Below, one piece after another: positions 12,158 to 22,297 of a stretch of DNA of 64,000 nucleotides (positions are counted from its first letter, which is position 1; the number at the start of each line of letters is the position of its first letter). The stretch lies in assembly GCF_032444005.1 (NCBI RefSeq), contig NC_091289.1, positions 22,754,001 through 22,818,000 of the forward strand, in the 5' to 3' direction. The position numbers and the translations under genes are program-made. The stretch comes from Ranitomeya imitator (lineage: Eukaryota). The notes beneath the pieces were generated by a model. It was not told the origin of the DNA, made no database searches, and saw only the letters and a program-made list of their open reading frames with translations.

Positions 12158-12330
12158 CCCCTTAACGACCGCTGATGCACATTATAAAGGTGCCCTCTAA
12201 GGGGCGTTATTCCCTCATCGTCGTTTTAAAACGGCAAACGGAAATATGAGAGTAGTGCCCCCCACAGAGTCAGAAAATCTCCTGGGTTCCAAGTTCCAGG
12301 GGTAGTTGAGACCCTGGAGAACACAATCAT
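12158..12330. mobile_element. piggyBac-like left terminus fragment
   Basis: TTAA followed by CCCCTTAACGACC, a typical piggyBac-type end. No matching right end nearby. Confidence 0.45.
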
Positions 12331-13455
12331 TCCTCAATCATGTAATTGCCATTATGTCTATATGCTGAACTGGATCGAATAGAGCTGGATGGCTTTAGTT
12401 TTCCTTGAATTCAGGATATTTGTTTTGTTTTTGTTTTAATTGTTATCACATACTTACATCACTATGCCCCATGATGCATTCGTCTACCAGTCAACATCAC
12501 CCTGGTCTTTTTGGTGGTAATGGCAGGGATGGTAAGCAGCACCTCAGCAGTGTCCTTGCCTATGCAGACACTTTTTCCTAGTTGGTAGACCAATAAGGGG
12601 TTTGGGAACATAGTTATAAGACCAATAAGGGGGCTGACTATGCAGTCATTCAGCAACCCCCATGCAATATATAAATGTTCTCGCTATGGAGCCTTGCCCC
12701 AGTAATTGTATTTAGAATACTACGAGTTGGGATTATATTGGATTGCTCCTCTTGACTACTCTTATGGGTTAACACTCCCATTGTGGTTTGGTCCTCAGAC
12801 TATTTGATCATTTGCTTCACATATTCTTCAGCATGCTTGTTCTGGACTCTTACCCAGCCTTCAACAACCTTACCTTTGGACAATCAGAAATAATTGAGAA
12901 TGTTGTGAAAACCCTTCACTTAGCTCATCGATGGGAGAGCCTTGATTCAAACCGTCTACAATCAAATATTGATGGCCTTTCCTAAGAATAGGTTACGAAT
13001 ATAGTCCCCCCATTTTTTTTTTTTATTAGACTTAACTGATAAGATAAATAGGCTAAACCATCCATCATTTCATCGCACTGTGTAGTCTTTGTTTTGGGAG
13101 TTTTTCTGTCTTCATCATGGTGGTGGGATGATCTTTGCTGTCCAGATTTTGGCAACACTTTTCCATGTTCTACTGTACAGGTCCTTCTCAAAAAATTAGC
13201 ATATAGTGTTAAATTTCACTATTTACCATAATGTAATGATTACAATTAAACTTTCATATATTATAGATTCATTATCCACCAACTGAAATTTGTCAGGTCT
13301 TTTATTCTTTTAATACTGATGATTTTGGCATACAACTCCTGATAACCCAAAAAACCTGTCTCAATAAATTAGCATATTTCACCCATCCAATCAAATAAAA
13401 GTGTTTTTTAATAACAAACAAAAAAACCAACAAATAATAATGTTCAGTTATGCAC

Positions 13456-14036
13456 TCAATACTTGGTCAGGAATCCTTTGGCAGAAATGACTGCTTCAAT
13501 GCGGCGTGGCATGGAGGCAATCAGCCTGTGACACTGCTGAGATGTTATGGAGGCCCAGGATGCTTCAATAGCGGCCTTAAGCTCATCCAGAGTGTTGGGT
13601 CTTGCGTCTCTCAACTTTCTCTTCACAATATCCCACAGATTCTCTATGGGGTTCAGGTCAGGAGAGTTGGCAGGCCAATTGAGCACAGTAATACCATGGT
13701 CAGTAAACCATTTACCAGTGGTTTTGGCACTGTGAGCAGGTGCCAGGTCGTGCTGAAAAATGAAATCTTCATCTCCATAAAGCATTTCAGCCGATGGAAG
13801 CATGAAGTGCTCCAAAATCTCCTGATAGCTAGCTGCATTGACCCTGCCCTTGATGAAACACAGTGGACCAACACCAGCAGCTGACATGGCACCCCACACC
13901 ATCACTGACTGTGGGTACTTGACACTGGACTTCAGGCATTTTGGCATTTCCTTCTCCCCAGTCTTCCTCCAGACTCTGGCACCTTGATTTCCGAATGACA
14001 TGCAAAATTTGCTTTCATCAGAAAAAAGTACTTGGG
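13456..14036 (-). pseudogene. Tc1 transposase catalytic part (DD34E)
   Basis: SQVLFSDESKF...FQHDLAPAH...WPANSPDLNPIENLW...AKGFLTKY*. 34 residues between the second D and the E. Confidence 0.95.
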
Positions 14037-16563
14037 GTACAAAATTCTCATTGGGGTCTGTTACAAACCCCCAAATATAACAGAAACCATGGAAAGTCTA
14101 CTTCTAAAGCAGATAGATGAAGCTGCAACCCATAATGAGGTCCTGGTTATGGGGGACTTTAACTACCCGGATATTAACTGGGAAACAGAAACCTGTGAAA
14201 CCCATAAAGGCAACAGGTTTCTGCTAATAACCAAGAAAAATTATCTTTCACAATTGGTGCAGAATCCAACCAGAGGAGCAGCACTTTTAGACCTAATACT
14301 ATCTAATAGACCTGACAGAATAACAAATCTGCAGGTGGTTGGGCATTTAGGAAATAGCGACCACAATATTGTGCAGTTTCACCTGTCTTTCACTAGGGGG
14401 ACTTGTCAGGGAGTCACAAAAACATTGAACTTTAGGAAGGCAAAGTTTGAACAGCTTAGAGATGCCCTTAATCTGGTAGACTGGGACAATATCCTCAGAA
14501 ATGAGAATACAGATAATAAATGGGAAATGTTTAAGAACATCCTAAATAGGCAGTGTAAGCGGTTTATACCTTGTGGGAATAAAAGGACTAGAAATAGGAA
14601 AAACCCAATGTGGCTAAACAAAGAAGTAAGGCAGGCAATTAACAGTAAAAAGAAAGCATTTGCACTACTAAAGCAGGATGGCACCACTGAAGCTCTAAAA
14701 AACTATAGGGAGAAAAATACTTTATCTAAAAAACTAATTAAAGCTGCCAAAAAGGAAACAGAGAAGCACATTGCTAAGGAGAGTAAAACTAATCCCAAAC
14801 TGTTCTTCAACTATATCAATAGTAAAAGAATAAAAACTGAAAATGTAGGCCCCTTAAAAAATAGTGAGGAAAGAATGGTTGTAGATGACGAGGAAAAAGC
14901 TAACATATTAAACACCTTCTTCTCCACGGTATTCACGGTGGAAAATGAAATGCTAGGTGAAATCCCAAGAAACAATGAAAACCCTATATTAAGAGTCACC
15001 AATCTAACCCAAGAAGAGGTGCGAAACCGGCTAAATAAGATTAAAATAGATAAATCTCCGGGTCCGGATGGCATACACCCACGAGTACTAAGAGAACTAA
15101 GTAATGTAATAGATAAACCATTATTTCTTATTTTTAGTGACTCTATAGCGACAGGGTCTGTTCCGCAGGACTGGCGCATAGCAAATGTGGTGCCAATATT
15201 GAAAAAGGGCTCTAAAAGTGAACCTGGAAATTATAGGCCAGTAAGTCTAACCTCTATTGTTGGTAAAATATTTGAAGGGTTTCTGAGGGATGTTATTCTG
15301 GATTATCTCAATGAGAATAACTGTTTAACTCCATATCAGCATGGGTTTATGAGAAATCGCTCCTGTCAAACCAATCTAATCAGTTTTTATGAAGAGGTAA
15401 GCTATAGACTGGACCACGGTGAGTCATTGGACGTGGTATATCTCGATTTTTCCAAAGCGTTTGATACCGTGCCGCACAAGAGGTTGGTACACAAAATGAG
15501 AATGCTTGGTCTGGGGGAAAATGTGTGTAAATGGGTTAGTAACTGGCTTAGTGATAGAAAGCAGAGGGTGGTTATAAATGGTATAGTCTCTAACTGGGTC
15601 GCTGTGACCAGTGGGGTACCGCAGGGGTCAGTATTGGGACCTGTTCTCTTCAACATATTCATTAATGATCTGGTAGAAGGTTTACACAGTAAAATATCGA
15701 TATTTGCAGATGATACAAAACTATGTAAAGCAGTTAATACAAGAGAAGATAGTATTCTGCTACAGATGGATCTGGATAAGTTGGAAACTTGGGCTGAAAG
15801 GTGGCAGATGAGGTTTAACAATGATAAATGTAAGGTTATACACATGGGAAGAGGGAATCAATATCACCATTACACACTGAACGGGAAACCACTGGGTAAA
15901 TCTGACAGGGAGAAGGACTTGGGGATCCTAGTTAATGATAAACTTACCTGGAGCAGCCAGTGCCAGGCAGCAGCTGCCAAGGCAAACAGGATCATGGGGT
16001 GCATTAAAAGAGGTCTGGATACACATGATGAGAGCATTATACTGCCTCTGTACAAATCCCTAGTTAGACCGCACATGGAGTACTGTGTCCAGTTTTGGGC
16101 ACCGGTGCTCAGGAAGGATATAATGGAACTAGAGAGAGTACAAAGGAGGGCAACAAAATTAATAAAGGGGATGGGAGAACTACAATACCCAGATAGATTA
16201 GCGAAATTAGGATTATTTAGTCTAGAAAAAAGACGACTGAGGGGCGATCTAATAACCATGTATAAGTATATAAGGGGACAATACAAATATCTCGCTGAGG
16301 ATCTGTTTATACCAAGGAAGGTGACGGGCACAAGGGGGCATTCTTTGCGTCTGGAGGAGAGAAGGTTTTTCCACCAACATAGAAGAGGATTCTTTACTGT
16401 TAGGGCAGTGAGAATCTGGAATTGCTTGCCTGAGGAGGTGGTGATGGCGAACTCAGTCGAGGGGGTTCAAGAGAGGCCTGGATGTCTTCCTGGAGCAGAA
16501 CAATATTGTATCATACAATTATTAGGTTCTGTAGAAGGACGTAGATCTGGGGATTTATTATGA
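14037..16563 (+). pseudogene. CR1 ORF2: C-terminal half of APE endonuclease plus reverse transcriptase
   Basis: VMGDFN, LDLILSN, SDHN (APE). NYRPVSLTS, YLDFSKAFD, GVPQGSVLGP, IFADDTKL (RT). An extra G at ~16460-16465 shifts the last ~20 codons. Confidence 0.93.
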
Positions 16564-16645
16564 TGGAATATAGGCTGAACTGGATGGACAAATGTCTTTT
16601 TTCGGCCTTACTAACTATGTTACTATGTTACTATGTTACTATGTT
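14037..16645 (+). mobile_element. 5'-truncated CR1-clade LINE with 8-bp tandem tail (ACTATGTT)x4
   Basis: Long ORF2, short 3' UTR, and octamer tail at 16614-16645 typical of CR1. No TSD. Confidence 0.93.
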
Positions 16646-17069
16646 ACCACTTAGCAACAGTCCAGTGCTGCTTCTCTGTAGCCCAGGTCAGGCGCCTCTG
16701 CCGCTGTTTATGGTTCAAAAGTGGCTTTACCTGGGGAATGCGGCACCTGTAGCCCATTTCCTGCACACGCCTGTGCACGGTGGCTCTGGATGTTTCCACA
16801 CCGGACTCAGTCCACTGCTTCCTCAGGTTCCCCAAGGTCTGGAATCGGTCCTTCTCCACAATCTTCCTCAGGGTCCGGTCTCCTCTTCTCGTTGTACAGC
16901 GTTTTCTGCCACATTGTTTCCTTCCAACAGACTTACCATTGAGGTGCCTTGATACAGCACTCTGGGAACAGCCTATTTGTTGAGAAATTTCTTTCTGGGT
17001 CTTACCCTCTTGCTCGAGGGTGTCAATGATGGCCTTCTTGACATCTGTCAGGTCGCTAGTCTTACCCAT
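16646..17069 (-). pseudogene. Tc1 transposase N-terminal part (paired-like HTH DNA-binding domain)
   Basis: MGKTSDLTDVKKAIIDTL...GRKR...QHWTVAKW. Continues in frame at 14036. Confidence 0.95.
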
Positions 17070-17763
17070 GATGGGGGTTTTGAGTAATGAACCAGGCAGG
17101 GAGTTTATAAAAGCCTCAGGTATCTTTTGCATGTGTTTAGAGTTAATTAGTTGATTCAGAAGATTAGGGTAATAGGTCGTTTAGAGAACCTTTTCTTGAT
17201 ATGCTAATTTATTGAGACAGGTTTTTTGGGTTATCAGGAGTTGTATGCCAAAATCATCAGTATTAAAACAATAAAAGACCTGACAAATTTCAGTTGGTGG
17301 ATAATGAATCTATAATATATGAAAGTTTAATTGTAATCATTACATTATGGTAAATAATTAAATTTAACACTATATGCTAATTTTTTGAGAAGGACCTGTA
17401 TATGATCATAGTGAGTAAAAATATTTATTTACGAAATACGTATGAGGTGATGTAACATGAGACGCAGATTCTACGGAGAATTCTCTCAATCTACCAATTA
17501 AGAAGAAGAAACGTTTCTTTGATATTAGTTACAGTTACACCTACTTCATTGAACTCTTCAATTATGTTTTCGATTTCGCATGAGATAATAGTAATAACTG
17601 AAAAGTGAACAATAACCCTTGGGTTCACTTCTACTAATATTCTGATTTTCCAAAATATTTAACGGGAATCTTTCTAGCAGGATCAACCCTCCTAATTCAT
17701 CTATATGGGCCTGCAGGTCATAAAATAAAATGATACCTTGATATTTGCCATCCAATGTATTAT

Positions 17764-18061
17764 TCCTGAGACAACCACATTTTTCTTAATATCTTTAGGT
17801 TAAGATCTATGAGCTGGACATAGATCTCCTTGAGAATCTATCTCCAGAGCTTCTTTTTTTTTTTTTTTTTTTAATCAAAGGCGGTGTTACCAGTGTGAGA
17901 CATGTAAAGACTGACAGTCTTCTCTCCTGATCTACATGTCTTACACTGGTAATGCCTCCTTTCATTTAAAATAAGCTCTGGAAGCAGATTCTCAGGGAGA
18001 TCTATGTTCGGCTCATAGATCTTATCAAATAAAATTAGGAAAAATGTGGATTTGTCTGGAA
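17764..18061. mobile_element. Fold-back (palindromic) MITE remnant
   Basis: AAGATCTATGAGCTGGACATAGATCTCCTTGAGAATC pairs with GATTCTCAGGGAGATCTATGTTCGGCTCATAGATCTT. Inner arms TTACCAGTGTGAGACATGTA / TACATGTCTTACACTGGTAA. Confidence 0.7.
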
Positions 18062-18429
18062 TAAAACATTAGAAAGCAAATATGATGGTGGCGCTCATAC
18101 ACCATACTGAATAAATTGAGATGTTCTTAAAATTTTGTTTCCATTTTTTCATCATTTGCAGATCACTAACAAGTCTATCCATCCTGCGATTTCCATAATT
18201 CCATGACTTTTCCTTCTTGGCGTTGCAATTTTATTATGCTATTAAAACAGAAGTCACGGTAGATAATGAGCATTATACTCTGGTCACAGATCAGTTTTAT
18301 GATTCATCTGCTTTCTGGAAAGATGATCGATTTCACCCAATAGTTAATGTCTTGTATGTGTAATGGTTATCACTGGAATGTCATACCCTGAGATCATCAT
18401 AATCGTATAGAAACACGAGGAACAGATGC

Positions 18430-19270
18430 ATGAAATGCTGTATAATGACCGCATCCATGGTCTAACACATATGCCTATAAGTCGCCATGGACAGAAATAT
18501 TAGGTTTATGACGGCTTGTCTCTACTCAAAGACAGAAGACTCATGTGTCATAAAGCCATTACTACACCGGAGCGGGAAATATTCCTGCTATATCAGTATC
18601 GAGGAATACAGTACAAAAAAATCATACTGCTACTGACCGATAACCGGACAATTGGAGAACCACAGGTATAAGTTTCAGCTTATTGGAGCAGGTATCGTCA
18701 CCAATAATGGCTACCAGTGCTCAAAGTGTACATGAAAGGTAACAGGTCTCATAGCCAGAGACATCTCCTGTCCACCCAACCCTTTCAGAACCAGCCTTTG
18801 ACCTACCTCTTCTACCCAACCACAGTAGCTTGTTGATGCCAGCCCAGTGAACGTTGAAAATGTCTGCCACGGTGGTCCCAACAAATGTCAACCACAGGTG
18901 TCCCCTTAGCATTTCAGTAATTATATAGTTCATCTACCAAGTGGTATTTAGTTGAGTCTTCGAGGTCCTTCACAGAAGCAAATATGCCCGGCCGATAATT
19001 AAATACCCTCAGCACATAGTTGGGCTCCAGGAACCCCAGTATCTATCTTCCTTTGCTGACATTGGATCTACCTATAACAAAGTGATATACCTCAAACCCC
19101 TTCATCACCAGCTTCACCCCAAAAAAATAATAGAGGGAACCTAAAAATGGGCCTCACCACTTGGGCAGAAGCAATGTGTAGGCAGAGAGGTAGAGATGTC
19201 ACCTCTGTATAAAAAATCCAAGATATGTCTTATGTCAAAGTGCTAACTAAGTGTTGTCGGAGTGTAGGCC
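18430..19270 (+). pseudogene. Possible degraded L1-like ORF2 remnant
   Basis: Frameshifted fragments LTHMPISRHGQ, IRFMTACLY, LHRSGKYSCYIS, KWASPLG and VKVLTK occur in the order expected for the post-RT region of L1 ORF2. Judged by eye only. Confidence 0.33.
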
Positions 19271-19399
19271 TCAGAGAGTATGAGATGTAAAGATAATAAG
19301 CCATGAAGATCTTTTCTACCATATTTCTGAAGCTAATTTTGATGCATATTTTGTTGGAGCCTCACGTTATGCCACCACATCAGTCAAAGAATTGTCCAC

Positions 19400-19986
19400 T
19401 ACATAATAAGCTCGAAGACCGCCGAGAGCTGCTACTGGGCAGGCGCTGGCGGCGCCATCTTGGAGGAGGATTATTTTTTATTCCTCTCCAGTAAGATGGT
19501 GCTGCCGGCACATGTGCAGTAGCAGTTATCAGATCACAGCTATAGACACGGATAGCTGCTACTGCACAGGCGCGGCTGGCGCCATTTTCAAATTGATTTC
19601 TTTTTCTAGCTGAATAACATGAAAAACAGTTATTATTGGCACATAAAACGCGATTATGCTGCAGAGCAGGTGACACAGCCGGCGCCTGCCTTTTTTAAAG
19701 TATGTATAGGTATTCATTATGCAAACTAGGGGGCAGGTCAGTGAGGGATCAGTGACCTGTCAGCAGTCTGCATTATGAATATCTAATCAGAGCACCACAT
19801 GGAGACCCCCCACTGCTCCAGCCCGGAGAACGAGCAGATCATTAACTAAAAACTGAAAATAAAGATTAAACAACAACCACAAGAAGGATTTAATCAACCA
19901 AGGTATCATTGTTATCAGTATAACAGCGCCGACCTGACACTGTCTGTAGGTTACTGTTCACAATCCTGCTGACAGGTTCCCTTTAA
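19400..19986. mobile_element. T2/Kolobok-type non-autonomous element (right end clear)
   Basis: Ends CTGCTGACAGGTTCCCT|TTAA. Similar ends occur at ~26581 and ~63090. Left boundary uncertain. Confidence 0.55.
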
Positions 19987-20042
19987 ATAACTCCGGGGTG
20001 GTGGAAAAAAAATGTTCACCTTCCAGAATGGTCTCATGTCAA

Positions 20043-20086
20043 TTTGCAGACATGTGTTTTGGGGTGTTGCCTCTCCTCAGTACAAA
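20043..20086 (-). ncRNA. Second, degenerate type I hammerhead motif (G12 to A)
   Basis: Reverse complement TTTGTA-CTGAGGA-GAGGCAACACCCC-AAAA-CACAT-GTC-TGCAAA. Confidence 0.65.
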
Positions 20087-20263
20087 GCAGGAGATTTGAT
20101 TTGGATGTATGAGAGATCTCTAACTGGGATAACATTTCTCCATATGGAGAGTGACCTGTCAGGACGGCAAGAGCATGTCAATCATGTCACTCTCCATAAA
20201 GAGAAATGTTGCCCATTAGACCTCAGTCAGAGGCCTCTCATACAGCCAATTCAAATCTCCTGC

Positions 20264-20307
20264 TTTGCACTGATGAGGGGCAACACCATGAAACACGTGT
20301 CTGCAAA
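20264..20307 (+). ncRNA. Type I hammerhead ribozyme motif (stem II partly mutated)
   Basis: TTTGCA-CTGATGA-GGGGCAACACCAT-GAAA-CACGT-GTC-TGCAAA: 6-bp stem I, intact core, palindromic stem III (ACACGTGT), GUC cleavage triplet ending at 20301. Confidence 0.8.
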
Positions 20308-20655
20308 TTGAGATTCTGGTTTGACTTTTATCCTAAATCATGTGGCAAGTCTCAATAAAGGGTCAATATTAACTTTTGGGATTGCTACTTCCAATAGGTG
20401 ACACTAGAGTTCAAGTCCTCTTCTCAGAAGAGACAATTTTCATATTTAATTTCCCGTGGCTTATGAGCCTCCTTAGTCATTTCACTTTTCATAAGGAGAA
20501 ACGTTACCCTTTAGACGCCCGAATTACATTGATTTTAATGGACACTGTGTAGTACTTAGTATCTCCTGCGGAGGTGCTGCTGGTGAATTGAGCACTTACT
20601 ACCAGATTTCCCAAAAATTTACAGATGATCACTGGAGATTAAGGGACTTTTCTAA

Positions 20656-21392
20656 AGGCCCCTTCACATTAAGCGACGCTGCAGCGATACCGACAACGAT
20701 CCGGATCGCTGCAGCGTCGCTGTTTGGTCGCTGGAGAGCTGTCACACAGACAGCTCTCCAGCGACCAACGATGCCGGTAACCAGGGTAAACATCGGGTAA
20801 CTAAGCGCAGGGCCGCGCTTAGTAACCCGATGTTTACCCTGGTTACCATCCTAAAAGTAAAAAAAACAAACACTACATACTTACCTAACGCTGTCTGTCC
20901 TCCAGCGCTGTGCTTCTCTGCACTCCTCCTGTACTGGCTGTGAGCACAGCGGTCGGAAAGCAGAGCGGTGACGTCACCGCTCTGCTTTCCGGCTGACCGA
21001 CGCTCACAGCCAGTACAGGAGGAGTGCAGAGCACAGCGCTGGAGGACAGACAGCGTTAGGTAAGTATGTAGTGTTTGCTTTTTTTACTTTTAGGATGGTA
21101 ACCAGGGTAAACATCGGGTTACTAAGCGCGACCCTGCGCTTAGTTACCCGATGTTTACCCTGGTTACCAGTGAAGACATCGCTGGATCGGTGTCACACAC
21201 GCCGATCCAGCGATGTCCGCGGGAGATCCAGCGACGAAATAAAGTTCTGGACTTTCTTCAGCGACCAACGATCTCCCAGCAGGGGCCTGATCGTTGGTCG
21301 CTGTCACACATAACGATTTTATTAACGATATCGTTGCTACGTCACAAAAAGCAACGATATCGTTAACAATATCGTTATGTGTGAAGGTACCT
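20656..21392. mobile_element. Highly palindromic MITE (AGG...CCT termini; T2/Kolobok- or Harbinger-like)
   Basis: TIRs AGGCCCCTTCACA / TGTGAAGGTACCT flanked by TAA on both sides. Two internal ~72-bp hairpins. Related copy at 40380-40922. Confidence 0.85.
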
Positions 21393-21490
21393 TAAGAAAT
21401 GAGGATTGTCCAAAGTGGACAAATCCTGCAATCATCACACCTCTTTCCTGGAAAAAAATCTGAGTGAGAAAGAATATATTTAAAAAACAT

Positions 21491-21532
<42 letters not shown>

Positions 21533-21533
21533 T
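21491..21533. repeat. (TA)n microsatellite
   Basis: Directly visible, one TG interruption. Confidence 0.95.
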
Positions 21534-22234
21534 GTAACTAGTACTCACAGACCACTATGACACGGACAATATAAAATCAATAAGGTTTATTGAAAGTTAA
21601 TCTAAAATTATATATCATACCATATGAGGATATCAAAAGACTCAATCAAAGTTCCATATTAAGCAGCGGTAACATATTATCACATCTCACTTAGCATTGT
21701 AAATTTGTATATATCAGTGCTAGTCCCATATGAGGCTCACAAAAACACCCTTTAATGTCACCTTTTAATGTATTATGCCTGGATGATGAGAGCTCAAACA
21801 TAATGGACACCTTGGAGAATATTTAAAAGTGAATCAATGCTTACCCACCCATTCTGAATAGAAGTATCGCTGCAGGGAACGCCCCGACGCGCGTTTCGCC
21901 CACGTGCTTTCTCAAGGGGAGTGTATATCAATATATGATATATACAAATTTACAATGCTAAGTGAGATGTGATAATATGTTACCGCTGCTTAATATGGAA
22001 CTTTGATTGAGTCTTTTGATATCCTCATATGGTATGATATAAAAATTTTAGATTAACTTTCAATAAACCTTATTGATTTTATATTGTCCGTGTCATAGTG
22101 GTCTGTGAGTACTAGTTACTCATTTTTTGGTAGTAGTATATAATTGTCCACTATCTTTTGAATTTGTGGAGTATTGTTAGAGAAGCAGTTACAGCAATGC
22201 TTCTGGTTGAGATTGGTTAACTATGCTTTTTGAG
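21534..22234 (-). mobile_element. Penelope-like element remnant: pLTR plus inverted partial pLTR, within (TA)n
   Basis: Near-perfect inverted repeat 21534-21716 / 21936-22119. Hammerhead-like motif at 21879-21922 (minus). AATAAA and T-rich 3' end. (TA)n on both sides. Confidence 0.7.
21879..21922 (-). ncRNA. Variant-core minimal hammerhead-like motif of Penelope pLTR
   Basis: Reverse complement CCCC-TTGAGAAA-GCACGTGGGC-GAAA-CGCGC-GTC-GGGG: stem I CCCC/GGGG, palindromic stem III and GUC, but non-canonical CUUGAGA core. Confidence 0.5.
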
Positions 22235-22238
22235 TATG

Positions 22239-22295
<57 letters not shown>
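22235..22295. repeat. (TA)n microsatellite
   Basis: Directly visible, with TG interruptions. Confidence 0.95.

Positions 22296-22297
<2 letters not shown>

Larger units (their letters stand above)
13178..17398 (-). mobile_element. Tc1-family DNA transposon, TA TSD, 200-bp TIRs, interrupted by CR1
   Basis: TA|CAGGTCCTTCTC...GAGAAGGACCTG|TA. TIRs 13178-13377 and 17199-17398 differ at 3 of 200 positions. Confidence 0.97.
20030..20512 (+). mobile_element. Hammerhead-bearing ~295-bp repeat monomer (retrozyme/Penelope-derived type) with inverted partial copy
   Basis: GAGAAATGTTGCCC (20201-20214) recurs as GAGAAACGTTACCC (20496-20509), period 295. 20030-20160 is an inverted copy of ~20185-20315. 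Confidence 0.7.

Noticed and set aside
14406-16331. Several 90-150-aa minus-strand ORFs
   Set aside because: Antisense shadows of CR1 ORF2.
18505-18666. Possible 162-nt exon (VYDGLSLLKD...TIGEPQ) ending at CAG|GTATAA
   Set aside because: The acceptor has no polypyrimidine tract, and overlapping frames look more like decayed L1 ORF2.
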